A stretch of 64,000 bases of DNA, from positions 2,542,001-2,606,000 of the forward strand of contig CATNEN010000029.1 of assembly GCA_950097015.1 (NCBI GenBank), written 5' to 3'. Origin of the DNA: Macrostomum hystrix. Lineage: Eukaryota > Animalia > Platyhelminthes. Each line of letters opens with the position of its first letter. The stretch's first letter is position 1. The notes beneath the pieces are model-generated. The model searched no databases. It worked only from the letters and a program-made list of their open reading frames with translations, and had not been told where the DNA came from. Below, piece by piece: positions 23,713 through 34,930 of the stretch. The position numbers and the translations under genes were made by a program.

Positions 23713-24220
23713 CCAGAGCAGGATATTGTTCAGAGAGTACTTTTATTTTTCACTAGCGGTTTTTCTTGCTTACATAAATATAGGATCAATACTGTACTTT
23801 AAAGAATTGAGTTTCAAAGCCTGGAGTAAATACGGAAATGTAATCTACTAACAGATTTTTCTCGACTAAAGTCTAGACTAGCCGGTAGATGACATGGCAT
23901 ACTGCTTATTTAATGTTTGTTTACTAGGTGTTTTCTTTATTTGCAATTCATAAAATCTGTGTTGCTGTTCATACATTTCTTTAGTTTTGTCATAATTTGT
24001 GATTCTATGTTTTACACAGCGTTACTTAAAGTAAATGCATGTTTTATGTATTCATGGAAATTTTTTTTTCAGGCAATGCAGCATTCAAATTTCATGTATC
24101 ACAGTAAGCGAAAATTAGTTTCGGAAGCAATTTTGGATAAGATATACAGTACTTTCATCAAAACATGGCTTTGTTCTGTATTGCCAGCCTTCTGTAGATT
24201 TTCACGAAAAATCTGCGATA

Positions 24221-25152
24221 CGAGGGCTGCTCAATAAGTTTCCGGAAAAACATGTTTTAACATATCAAACCAGCATGAAATTTTACTAGCAGTCAGACAC
24301 AGATCTTAACACTTCTCAAAATATCCGCCATCGCAATCCAAGCACTTTTTCATCCTTCTAAACCACGCAGAAAAACATGCCCCCAAATGGTCTCTGTTGA
24401 TTTTCGCCAATTCGCCTTCCATTCGCATTCAGCAGCTCCTTCTGGGTGTCAAAACGCCTCCCTTTCAAATTCCGCTTGATTTTCGGAAAGAGGAAGAAAT
24501 CGCAATGCGCCAGATCAGGTGAAAACGGCGGATGCGGCAGCAGCGTCAGGTTTATCGCCGACAAAAACTCTGACGTCACTCGGGCCTTGTGTGCCGGTGT
24601 GTTATCGTGGTGCAGGATGATGTGCCGATTGCGTACGCCAAGTCGATCGTGCAGAATGGAATTCATGGTGCCATCTGACACCCCCACATTCTGCACGAGC
24701 TCACGAGTGGTCACACCTCTGTCTTCGTCAAGCAGACGCCTGGTGGCAGCCACAGTTGTAGGCGTGATGGCTGAATTCGGACGTCCTTCACGCGGATCGT
24801 CGTCAAGACCGAATGCACCAGTCCGAAAACGAGCGTGCCACTCGTACACAACGCTCTGGCTTGGGGCTTCACTTCCAAGCGCCGTTTGAAGCATCTGCAG
24901 GCACTGGGATGGAGAATTTCCCAGGCGGAAAAGCAGCAGCAGCATTGCTCTCTTGTCACGCCGGGTCAGGCTTGGAGGTGGGTCCTGGTTCTCGTCAGTC
25001 TGGGCTCTTTTGCGAGTGAACATGGAAATGCAGCGAGCAGAAAATTTTAGGCATACTGTCTAAACATATTCCCCGATCATTTCCTATAAAAGCTCCTAAA
25101 AATAATACCTACTAGAACTATGTTTTTCCGGAAACTTATTGAGCAACCTTTG
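24221..25152 (-). mobile_element. Internally deleted mariner (DD34D) transposon
   Basis: 33-bp ITRs CGAGGGCTGCTCAATAAGTTTCCGGAAAAACAT (3 mismatches) with flanking TA at 24219-20 and 25153-54. Transposase remnants include the HTH region, HHDN-34aa-D and FSPDLAHCD. Confidence 0.93.
24306..25023 (-). pseudogene. Mariner transposase pseudogene (in-frame central deletion plus frameshift near 24425)
   Basis: LHDRLGVR is joined directly to NRHIILHHDN, losing the WVPHEL-type and first catalytic Asp region. The C-terminus MEGEL...KKCLDCDGGYFEKC* is in a shifted frame. Confidence 0.85.
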
Positions 25153-25956
25153 TATTTGTTTTTACACGAAACTTTTTCGTTTCTTAACGATAATACTCGT
25201 CATCCTCTAAGCTTGCATGACGAGCAACTTACATACGATCTTTAGACGATTGAAAAATTAGATTATCATTACTGTCCCTCTTGTAAACACGAGCGTAGCA
25301 TTACACCTTGTATCTTGTCACCCGAATCCAATGCCCTCCCGTTTGATTAATTGTCACACTGTAATTTATGTCAGGATTCTGCTGATTTCGCACAATCTAT
25401 CAAAGAAAATATAAATAATTACTGTGTCATGTGCAAATAGCCGAGATTGAATGTCAGATTTTCATTTGAATTTGATGTTTAAAACTAGCTGAGAAAATAC
25501 TGTTATTAACCAATGATACTCGTAGGGGTCGAAAGGACAAGAGCTGCTGTCATCATAGTGCTTATGTTCAAGCATAGGTTCAAGGGTTTGACGTAATATA
25601 TTGAATTAATAAAATGTTAAGCTTGATATTTCATGATTAGCATGTCTGATATAAGGAATTTAACGTTGTAATCGAAATATAAGCAAGCACTATTCGGACT
25701 AGTAAGCTGCGTTTAGTGAGTCCATAAATAGAGGATACTTACAAGTAGAGCTAACTCATAAATGTGCCTGCTGGACACGTTCATTTGAATGCTCAGAAAT
25801 TACTAAATATCATTAAAACTTTTTGTCTTACTATGAAGTGAGTAGTATGGAGATGGTTCCAATATCTAAGTTTGTTGCTCAGCTAATAATTTGCAAGATT
25901 TAAAAAGGCATTGACCTACACTCTGCTACAGATAGTTAGCTCTAGGGATGCTGACT

Positions 25957-26079
25957 TCAGGCTGGCAGCATTTTGACAGAATCATCGAACACGCTGTCAC
26001 TGGGCCGCTGCTGCGGGCCCCAGTTTTCTGTAGGTTTGAGCAACAGCTTGATCCTCTCCAGCAGCGTGCCCTTGCCCAC
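25957..26079 (-). CDS. SLC6 transporter exon 9 (last)
   Basis: Acceptor CGTCAG|GTG in phase 0. VGKGTLLERIKLLLKPTENWGP...MLPA* is a typical SLC6 C-terminus. Confidence 0.85.
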   Translation of the reverse strand: MGKGTLLERIKLLLKPTENWGPQQRPSDSVFDDSVKMLPA

Positions 26080-26149
26080 CTGACGAGTAAGGAGATGGCG
26101 AGGCCGCGTTTTATGGAATATCGATTGGGAGTTAGGGCGGGAGGGAGTT

Positions 26150-26560
26150 TTCAGTAGGTTTAGTAGAATTTAATGGGAGTTGTCAGTAGGTTTAGTAGAA
26201 TTTAATGGGAGGTGTCAGGAGGTTTAGTAGAATTTAATGGTAGGTGTCAGGAGGTTTAGTAGAATTTAATGGGAGGTTTTAGCAGGTTTAGTAGAATTTA
26301 ATGGGAGGTGTCAGCAGGTTTAGTAGAATTTAATGGGAGGTGTCAGCAGGTTTAGTAGAATTTAATGGGAGGTGTCGGCAGGTTTAGTAGAATTTAATGG
26401 GAGGTGTCGGCAGGTTTAGTAGAATGAAAATAAACGGATAGGGAGGTGTCAGTAGATCTAGTAGAATTTAATGGGAGGTGTCAGTAGGTTTAGTAGAATT
26501 TAATGTGAGGTGTCAGCAGGTTTAGTAGAATGAAAATAATCAGATAGGGAGGTGTCAGGA
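26150..26560. repeat. 32-bp minisatellite (GTTTAGTAGAATTTAATGGGAGGTGTCAGCAG), SLC6 intron 8
   Basis: About 12 tandem copies. Confidence 0.9.
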
Positions 26561-26656
26561 GACATTGTATGGGGGAGGTGTCAGGATGCTTATTTGGATA
26601 GGGGGTGTCAGAAGGTGCAGGAGGTTTTCTAGCTAGTTGCAAAACACTATCCTCAC

Positions 26657-26964
26657 CTTGTAGATGCGGTAGATTGCCACAATCGGGATGACGGCCACGC
26701 TGATGCTGCCCAGCAACCAGCCCAGCACCAGTGAGCCAGGCGGGAACTCGTAGTCCTCCAGCACAGGATTGGTGAAGTTGATAGCGATGGAGATGAGAAT
26801 GAGCACGAGTGCTAGCGGGGTAACGCAGCACCACATGGCAATCCAGAAGTAGCTGGGTCTGTGGCCCAGCATGGACTCGACATCGTTTAGGAAGCGGCGA
26901 ATGCCGTAGATGTAGAAAATGGCCACGACCTCCAGCAGGGCAATGATGCACAGGGCGAATGTGC
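26657..26964 (-). CDS. SLC6 transporter exon 8 (TM10-TM12)
   Basis: CTCAG|GC phase 1, GTFALCIIALLEVVAIFYIYG...IYRIYK, phase-0 donor AAG|GTGAGG. Confidence 0.92.
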
Positions 26965-27064
26965 CTGAGGTGATTCAAGGCTATCTTCAATTTGAATGTG
27001 TTTGAACCTTTTCAAGTGGTCTCAAAGATGGGTCATGAGACAATGCGTCTCATAGAGTTCGAAG

Positions 27065-27675
27065 TGACTTTCAGCGAGTCGAGAACTTTTCAGAGCGAGT
27101 TTCATCGAGTTCTGAGCGAGTTTCATCGAGTTCAGAGCGAGTTTCATCGAGTTCAGAGCGAGTTTCAGTCGAGTTCAGAGCGAGTTTCATCGAGTTCAGA
27201 GCGAGTTTCATCGAGTTCAGAGCGAGCTTCAGTGCGTTCAGAGCGAGCTTCAGCGAGTTTCAGCGAGCTTCAGCGAGTTCTGAGCGAGTTTCAGTGAGTT
27301 CAGCGAGTTCAGAGCGAGTTTCAGCGAGTTTCAGCGAGATTCAGCGAGTTCTGAGCGAGTTTCAGTGAGTTCAGAGCGAGCTTCAGCGAGCTTCAGCGAG
27401 TTTCAGCGAGCTTCAGCGAGTTCTGAGCGAGTTTCAGTGAGTTCAGAGCGAGTTTCAGCGAGTTTCAGCGAGTTCTGAGCGAGTTTCAGTGAGTTCAGAG
27501 CGAGTTTCAGCGAGCTTCAGCGAGTTCTGAGCGAGTTTCAGTGAGTTCAGAGCGAGTTTCAGCGAGTTTCAGCGAGTTCTGAGCGAGTTTCAGTGAGTTC
27601 AGAGCGAGTTTCAGCGAGTTCAGAGCGAGTTTCAGTGAGTTCAGAGCGAGTTTCAGTGAGTTCAGAGAGCTCAGA
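27065..27675. repeat. 10-12-bp satellite (TTCAGCGAGT / TTCAGAGCGAGT), SLC6 intron 7
   Basis: Degenerate tandem array. Confidence 0.92.
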
Positions 27676-27685
27676 GTTGGCCTAC

Positions 27686-27970
27686 CAATGAACCAGTCGA
27701 AGATGGTGAACAGGTAGATTCCGCCCCGTGTAATTAAGGGCAGACCCAGTAGAAACTCCAGCAGGCACATGGCTGCAACGAATGGAGTTTTGTACTTTCT
27801 CAGCTGGTTCGGAAACTCGTCAATAAACGATGACGTCATTGTCTCGAACATTCCGAACTGGGAGTCGACACCGATTGTGATGAGCATCAGGAAGAACAAC
27901 ACAGCCCACAATGGGGCTAGGGGCATCTGTGCAATGGCTTCGGGGTACGCCACGAAGACTAGGCCGGGAC
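27686..27970 (-). CDS. SLC6 transporter exon 7 (TM8-TM9)
   Basis: CATAG|GT phase 1, GPGLVFVAYPEAIAQMP...IGVDSQF...IFDWFI, donor G|GTAGGC. Confidence 0.93.
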
Positions 27971-28043
27971 CTATGGGTTCAAGGTGAGTGATTTGACTGA
28001 GTAAGTCGATCAGTCGGTCAGTCAGTCATATCGCATGTCTTGC

Positions 28044-28248
28044 CTTTAGCTACCACATCCTCGACCTTCTTGTTGGTCTGGTGCGCCATGAAGCCGATGA
28101 CGGAGAAGATGACGAAGCCGCCAAATATCGATGTCAAGCAGTTGATGGCTGGCACTAGGATGGAGTCGCGGTAGCAGTTGTTCTTGAACTTGTTGAAACT
28201 GGCCATTGTAATGAGGCCGCCCCACGCAGGCCCGAGAGCGAAGAATAC
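28044..28248 (-). CDS. SLC6 transporter exon 6 (TM6-TM7)
   Basis: TGTCAG|GTA phase 0, VFFALGPAWGGLITMASFNKFKNNCYRD...VEDVVAK. Ends at a GC donor AAAG|GCAAGA. Confidence 0.92.
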
Positions 28249-28309
28249 CTGACATGAAAGTGGAGAAGATATTTCAGCCTGGCGGTTACAAGTGACAGGG
28301 TGGAGGTGA

Positions 28310-28550
28310 AAATGGCAGCATGGACGTGACAAATGGCAGCAGGGAGGGGACAAACGGCAGCAGGGAGGGGACAAGTGGCAGCAGGGAGGGGACAAGTGGC
28401 AGCAGGGAGGTGACAAGTGGCAGCAGGGAGGTGACAAGTGGCAGCAGGGAGGTGACAAGTGGCAGCAGGGAGGTGACAAGTTGCAGCAGGGAGGTGACAA
28501 GTGGCAGCAGGGAGGTGACAAGTGCCAAAAGGGAGGTAACAAGTGGCAGA
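28310..28550. repeat. 21-bp minisatellite (GACAAGTGGCAGCAGGGAGGT), SLC6 intron 5
   Basis: About 11 tandem copies. Confidence 0.92.
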
Positions 28551-28579
28551 TGGGAAGGCAGCATCAGGATCAGGCGGAC

Positions 28580-28758
28580 CTGCAGCGCAGCCTCGTGCCA
28601 GATGTCCAGTCTAGCCAGTTTGCTCCACACGGGCTGGATGTAGAACTTCACACCGAGCCAGCTGCCAGGCAGCATAGCGTTTCGCACCAGCAGGATGGCG
28701 AGGAACACGTAGGGCGAGGTGGCCGTAAAGTACACGACCTTGCCCACCGACTTGACGC
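28580..28758 (-). CDS. SLC6 transporter exon 5 (TM5)
   Basis: GVKSVGKVVYFTATSPYVFLAILLVRNAMLPG...WHEAALQ, phases 1 and 0. Confidence 0.93.
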
Positions 28759-28841
28759 CTTCAGTTGCGTCGGATTTAAGCATTGAGTATAAGATTTAAC
28801 AAAATTTCTAAACAATTTCCCATGTCAATTATCTCACTCAC

Positions 28842-28954
28842 CTTTAAAGACGCAGGCAAAGATGATGAGCCAGGCAAAAGCCAGTGACGCGAACAGACCC
28901 CAGTGAATGCCGCCCAGGTTTGTGATACCGTCAGTCTGCTGCAGGGTGTTGAAC
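28842..28954 (-). CDS. SLC6 transporter exon 4 (TM4)
   Basis: GCTCAG|G phase 2, (R)FNTLQQTDGITNLGGIHWGLFASLAFAWLIIFACVFK(G), donor AAAG|GTGAGT. Missed by the ORF track. Confidence 0.9.
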
Positions 28955-28990
28955 CTGAGCACGAGACGATGGCAAGCAACATTGACGAAG

Positions 28991-29764
28991 CTGACTGACT
29001 GACTGACTGACTGACTGACTGACTGACTGACTGACTGACTGACTGACTGACTGACTGACTGACTGACTGACTGACTGACTGACTGACTGACTGACTGACT
29101 GACTGACTGACTGACTGACTGACTGACTGACTGACTGACTGACTGACTGACTGACTGACTGACTGACTGACTGACTGACTGACTGACTGACTGACTGACT
29201 GACTGACTGACTGACTGACTGACTGACTGACTGACTGACTGACTGACTGACTGACTGACTGACTGACTGACTGACTGACTGACTGACTGACTGACTGACT
29301 GACTGACTGACTGACTGACTGACTGACTGACTGACTGACTGACTGACTGACTGACTGACTGACTGACTGACTGACTGACTGACTGACTGACTGACTGACT
29401 GACTGACTGACTGACTGACTGACTGACTGACTGACTGACTGACTGACTGACTGACTGACTGACTGACTGACTGACTGACTGACTGACTGACTGACTGACT
29501 GACTGACTGACTGACTGACTGACTGACTGACTGACTGACTGACTGACTGACTGACTGACTGACTGACTGACTGACTGACTGACTGACTGACTGACTGACT
29601 GACTGACTGACTGACTGACTGACTGACTGACTGACTGACTGACTGACTGACTGACTGACTGACTGACTGACTGACTGACTGACTGACTGACTGACTGACT
29701 GACTGACTGACTGACTGACTGACTGACTGACTGACTGACTGACTGACTGACTGACTGACTGACT
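28991..29764. repeat. Perfect (GACT)n / (CAGT)n microsatellite, about 193 copies, SLC6 intron 3
   Basis: No interruption seen over about 774 nt. Confidence 0.98.
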
Positions 29765-29767
29765 CAC

Positions 29768-30110
29768 CGCCAGAACTCGTTGGAGGCAGTCTGGCTGGTG
29801 TTGGCTGGAATCAGTGCGCTGATATTGCACAGTTTGTTGCTAGGCCAGGCGAATTGCATACTGGAGGTGTTTGCAGTCTCAGTGAAATTGCCGGTGTATA
29901 GGGCACCAGTCTCGGTGCAGTTGCAGCTGTTCCACCAGTTGCTACAACTGGACCAGGGCACACTGGTGGCAAAGCTCTGCACCAAATAGTAGATCACCCA
30001 GGTCAGGATGATGTTGTAGTAGATGCAAACCAAACCGCTGATGATAATCATGCCCCAGCCGACGCCTTTCAGTAGCGGGCACATCTCCCACAGTGCCAAT
30101 GGGGAAGCGC
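29768..30110 (-). CDS. SLC6 transporter exon 3 (TM3, EL2)
   Basis: TAACAG|GC phase 1, ASPLALWEMCPLLKGVG...CIYYNIILTW...PWSSCSNWWNS...NEFW(R), donor CG|GTGAGT. Confidence 0.93.
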
Positions 30111-30211
30111 CTGTTAGTGGGATTTCAGTGGTGGGATAATAGAAACTCTTATTCTAGAACTTTCTAGATAAAATCTGGCCTCCAATCTATTCGGCTCTTG
30201 GGTGAACTCAC

Positions 30212-30330
30212 CAGAGAATTGAGCAATGGCCAGCTCCATGTAGAACAATGGCACTCCGCATACGGCCATGCACACAATGTAGGGGATTAGAAATGCACCG
30301 CCGCCATTTTTGTAGCACAGGTAGGGAAAT
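30212..30330 (-). CDS. SLC6 transporter exon 2 (TM2)
   Basis: TTGCAG|A phase 2, [17 protein letters not shown]...ELAIAQFS(G), donor G|GTGAGT. Confidence 0.94.
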
Positions 30331-30334
30331 CTGC

Positions 30335-31475
30335 AAGTGATAGGGGGCTGTGATAGATAGGCCAGACTCCAGTGATGAGGGGGCTGTGATAGAGAGGCCA
30401 GACTGCAGTGATGAAGGACTGTGATAGAGAGGCCAGACTCCAGTGATGAGGGACTGTGATAGATAGGCCAGACTCCAGTGATGAGGGACTGTGATAGAGA
30501 GGCCAGACTCCAGTGATGAGGGTCTGTGATAGAGAGGTCAGACACCAGTGATGAGGTACTGTGATAGAGAGGCCAGACTCCAGGGATGAAGGACTGTGAT
30601 AGATAGGCCAGACTCCAGTGATGAGGGACTGTGATAGAGAGGCCAGACTCCAGTGATGAGGGACTGTGATAGAGAGGCCAGACACCAGTGATGAGGGACT
30701 GTGATAGATAGGCCAGACTCCAGGGATAAAGGACTGTGATAGATAGGCCAGACTACAGTGATGAGGGACTGTGATAGAGAGGCCAGACTCCAGGGATGAG
30801 GGACTGTGATAGAGAGGCCAGACACCAGTGATGAGGTACTGTGATAGAGAGGCCAGACTCCAGGGATGAGGGACTGTGATAGATAGGCCAGACTCCAGTG
30901 ATGAGGGTCTGTGATAGAGAGGCCAGACACTAGTGATGAGGGACTGTGATAGAGAGGCCAGACTCCAGTGATGAGGGGCTGTGATAGAGAGGCCAGACTC
31001 CAGTGATGAGGGTCTGTGATAGAGAGGCCATACACCAGTGATAGGGGGCTATGATTGGTAGGCCAGACTCCTGTGATGAGGGACTGTGATAGAGAGGCCA
31101 GACACCAGTGATAGGGGGCTGTCATAGATAAGCCAGACTCCAGTGATGAGGGACTGTGATAGAGAGGCCAAACTCCAGGGATGAAGGACTGTGATAGAGA
31201 GGCCAGACTCCAGGGATAAAGGACTGTGATAGAGAGGCCATACACCAGTGATAGGGGGCTGTGATTGGTAGGCCAGACTCCTGTGATGAGGGACTGTGAT
31301 AGATAGGCCAGACACTAGTGATGAGGGTCTGTGATAGAGAGGCCAGACTCCAGTGATGAGGGACTGTGATAGAGAGGCCAGACTCCAGTGATGAGGGACT
31401 GTGATAGAGAGGCCAGACTCCAGTGATGAGGGACTGTGATAGAGAGGCCAGACTCCAGTGATGAGGGACTGTGAT
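30335..31475. repeat. 35-bp minisatellite (CCAGTGATGAGGGACTGTGATAGAGAGGCCAGACT), about 32 copies, SLC6 intron 1
   Basis: Fills nearly the entire 1175-nt intron. Confidence 0.95.
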
Positions 31476-31505
31476 TGAGAAAGGGGGTCCTCCGATCTAG
31501 CGAAC

Positions 31506-31690
31506 CTCCAGATGGAGCCGAAGCCGACTGCATAGCCAACGCAGCTGAGCACAAAGTCCATGTGGTGGGGCCAGTGCTCTCTTGGCTTAGTGCCCGGCCG
31601 ATCTACGTAGACACCTGCAGCTTCGCCGTCTTTTTCAACGCTTGGCGGCGCAACCGTCAACGGCTGCTCCTGCGTTGCGCGCTTGGGCAT
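31506..31690 (-). CDS. SLC6 Na+-dependent neurotransmitter/amino-acid transporter (glycine/proline-transporter-like), exon 1
   Basis: [25 protein letters not shown](R), phase-2 donor AG|GTTCGC at the conserved WR|F position. The nine exons total 1860 nt (619 aa) with consistent phases. Confidence 0.9.
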
Positions 31691-32974
31691 TGGCTGAGGC
31701 TAACAGGGTTTTGCTGCCGATTTCTTCGAAACTCGTAATCTGAAAAAATTATTTTCTTTGTTTCTAGGCGTTGACAAAGCTGCGCCTCCCATTCTGGCAA
31801 ATCTCATTTCCTTAAAGTTCCCAACTCCTAAATTTCCCATCCCCCCATTTCCCATTCCCTCAATTTCCCACCCCAATGTCACATCCCCCGAATTTCCCAT
31901 CCCCAAAATTCAGATCCCCAAAAATTTGCATTCCTGCATTTCCAATTTCCCAAATTTTTGATTCCTTAAATTTTACATCTATTAGTAAACTTTAAGTGAC
32001 GATAAGTACATATATATAATTGCTTTCCGCTTTTGCTTTTGGTAAATAATTGGTAATTTACAATCAATTCCGAATCAGTTCTTTTTCGCATTACTACTAT
32101 ACGAGCGTAGTAGAGTGGTGCGGATGAAATGAACTAGTTTTCCTACAATAGTATACAGTGCTATGACAATGCAGAAGGCTTATGTGGCTTTTGCTGCACA
32201 AAATCAAGAAAATCATAAAAGGGCTTAGTGTCAAGCTTTTACGATTTGATTCTGCTCTTTCCCACGTGACTGACAGGGGGGTGACAGCGAACTGAAGTGG
32301 GCGAAGTTATAAAAGTGCTCCGCGCTTTGCTAGTTTTTTGGAGGCCAAGCTGCCACTGGTGGGACGCGCGGAAATTCTGAGACAAGCCGGGGAGATCATT
32401 AGCCTTGGAAGTCTGGTTTGAACCGGTTGACAAAGAGAGAGAGAGAGAGAGAGGGGGGTGCAGGTTTGACCGACACCGGTACGAATTTCCCGATATTTTC
32501 CGGGAATCGGGTAAATGCGATTTAAATAAAATTGTAAAGAGTGGTTCTATACCTGCTCAGTACCCCCAAATAGGCTCAAATATATCTAGAGCTACGAGTA
32601 GATAAACCGAATTCAGTGCAGCATATCAGCATGCATTGCAAAGGTCTCAGTTACTTTATCAGCAAGTTGTGCGGAGCACTAAGGCCATTCGATTTGCAGC
32701 TCTGGGTCAAGCGTACACTTATCTATTAACCATTTGAAACAGTGGGAATAAAAGTCGTAAAAGAACACATTTAGCAGGTGCATTGTTCGGCACCCTATAT
32801 CATGTGGCTATTTTATTTCAAATCCTTTGGCTTTCTTTAACTTTAGGGAAAAAAAAACAGAATACTGTCATGTATCTAGACACTGTAAAATTTATAGAAG
32901 TGCTTTTATGATACAAGAACTGGTCGCTTTCATAGTTCCAGAATTTTAAGACCTCGAAATTAGAGGTCCCAATG

Positions 32975-33855
32975 GAATGTGCAGTTTAGGTAAATAGCAG
33001 TTTAGGGGATGCGCAGAAGTTTAGGGAATGTGCAGTTTAGGGGATGCGCAGAAGTTTAGGGAATGTGCAGTTTAGGGGATGCGCAGAAGTTTAGGGAATG
33101 TGAAGTTTAGGGGATGCGCATAAGATTAGGGAATGTGCAGTTTAGGGGATGCGCAGAAGTTTAGGGAATGTGCAGTTTAGGGGATGCGCAGAAGTTTAGG
33201 GAATGTGAAGTTTAGGGGATGCGCAGAAGATTAGGGAATGTGAAGTTTAGGGGAAGCGCAGAAGTTTAGGGAATGTGAAGTTTAGGGGATGCGCATAAGA
33301 TTAGGGAATGTGAAGTTTAGGGGATGCGCAGAAGTTTAGGGAATGTGCAGTTTAGGGGATGCGCAGAAGTTTAGGGAATGTGCAGTTTAGGGGATGCGCA
33401 GAAGTTTAGGGAATGTGAAGTTTAGGGGATGCGCAGTTTAAGGGATTGCAGTTTAGGGAATAGGGAATGTGTAGTTTAAGGGATTATGAATTTTAGGAAA
33501 TGTTCAGCAGTTTAGGAAATGGGAAGAAGTTTAGGGAATGAGCAGTTTAGGGAATGTGAAGTTTAGGGGATGCGCAGAAGTTTAGGGAATGTGCAGTTTA
33601 AGGGATTGCAGTTTAGGGAATAGGGAATGTGTAGTTTAAGGGATTATGAATTTTAGGAAATGTTCAGCAGTTTAGGAAATGGGAAGAAGTTTAGGGAATG
33701 AGCAGTTTAGGGAATGTGCAGTTTAGGGAATGTGCAGTTTAGGGAATGTGCAGTTTAGGGAATGTGCAGTTTAGGGAATGTGCAGTTTAGGGAATGAGCA
33801 GTTTAGGGAATGTGCAGTTTAGGGAATGTGCAGTTTAGGGAATGAGCAGTTTAGG
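32975..33855. repeat. TTAGGG-containing 16/19-bp minisatellite (GTTTAGGGAATGTGCA, GTTTAGGGGATGCGCAGAA)
   Basis: Alternating 16+19 units, then a duplicated block (33431 vs 33591, offset 160), then pure 16-mers. Confidence 0.92.
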
Positions 33856-34778
33856 GAATGCGCCCTTTAAGGAATCAGAAAATCTCACAAAAAGGCATAA
33901 AGACTCCAACTGGCAGTGGAAATCCGTAGCTCTCAAATTGCTCTTACCTGTCAAGCCGCTCTCGAAGAGTTCGTTAAGCCGCATTTGCTGTGTCGCCTTG
34001 TTTGCCGCCCCGGCTACCTATATCCCCGGCCTTTAAACTGTCCGTCTAGTCGGGGCAGGCGAGCGAATCGGAAGGGAGCGATCCGGTTTGAACCGGAGCT
34101 CCAGCTCTGTCTTCTCTCTTCATTTCAGGGCTCCGTATTGTGTCCTTCGCTGCCTTATCTAAATTATTGGACTTATATTACTCCAAGATAGGAAATTGCA
34201 GGTGCCAACTCTGCTAGCTAGCGAGCATGACTTACTGCTACCGCTGCGACAGTCATTTTTATTACCTGCGAAGGTTTCAAATTGTATCACTTGTCAGTGT
34301 GTTTGACAAGCAGATGATTGGATATAGAGATAAAACTCTTGACCATCTACCAATCATACTACTAAGTGCAGTAGTGCCCAGGGTGCAAAAAGCTCTGAAA
34401 AGGGTATACAGCTGTCCTGGAGCAATTCATGGCATGGGACCTCGCCTCTCGCCTAGTCTCCCTAGTCTCGCCCAGATCTCGCCTAGTCTCCCATGACCAC
34501 GTGACTGGAGAATTGTGTCTAGTCGAAAAGCCATAACCGGATTTGGCATTGAGTAATCGATTTTATTTTATAATTATTGGTTTAACTCAGAAATGGTACA
34601 TAATAAAAGAAGATTTACTTTAACAGTTGACTACATACAATTCTAAAACTCAAGGCCTACAGCTAGCGTACCAGACCGAATGATTTCAGTGTATCATCGG
34701 GATTTAAGCAAATCAGGATTTCAGTGCCTTAGGAATCGGGATAATATAAAAAAAATAAGTGCAGGAGGCCTATGGGAC

Positions 34779-34930
34779 TGGCACACCATTTGGTGACATT
34801 AGACCCGCAGCCAGCAATTCTGCCCATTCCGCTGACTCCTGAGCTCAGCGGACACAGACACGGATAACGTACACAGGAGCGGAATCGAGCTCAGGGACCT
34901 TATTGGGGCGAGAGGCAACGCTTTAACAGT
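34779..34930 (-). mobile_element. SINE family A, internally deleted copy
   Basis: Shares TTTGGTGACA.TAGACCCGCAGCCAGC and GGAATCGAGCTCAGGGACCTT with the other copies. Confidence 0.65.
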
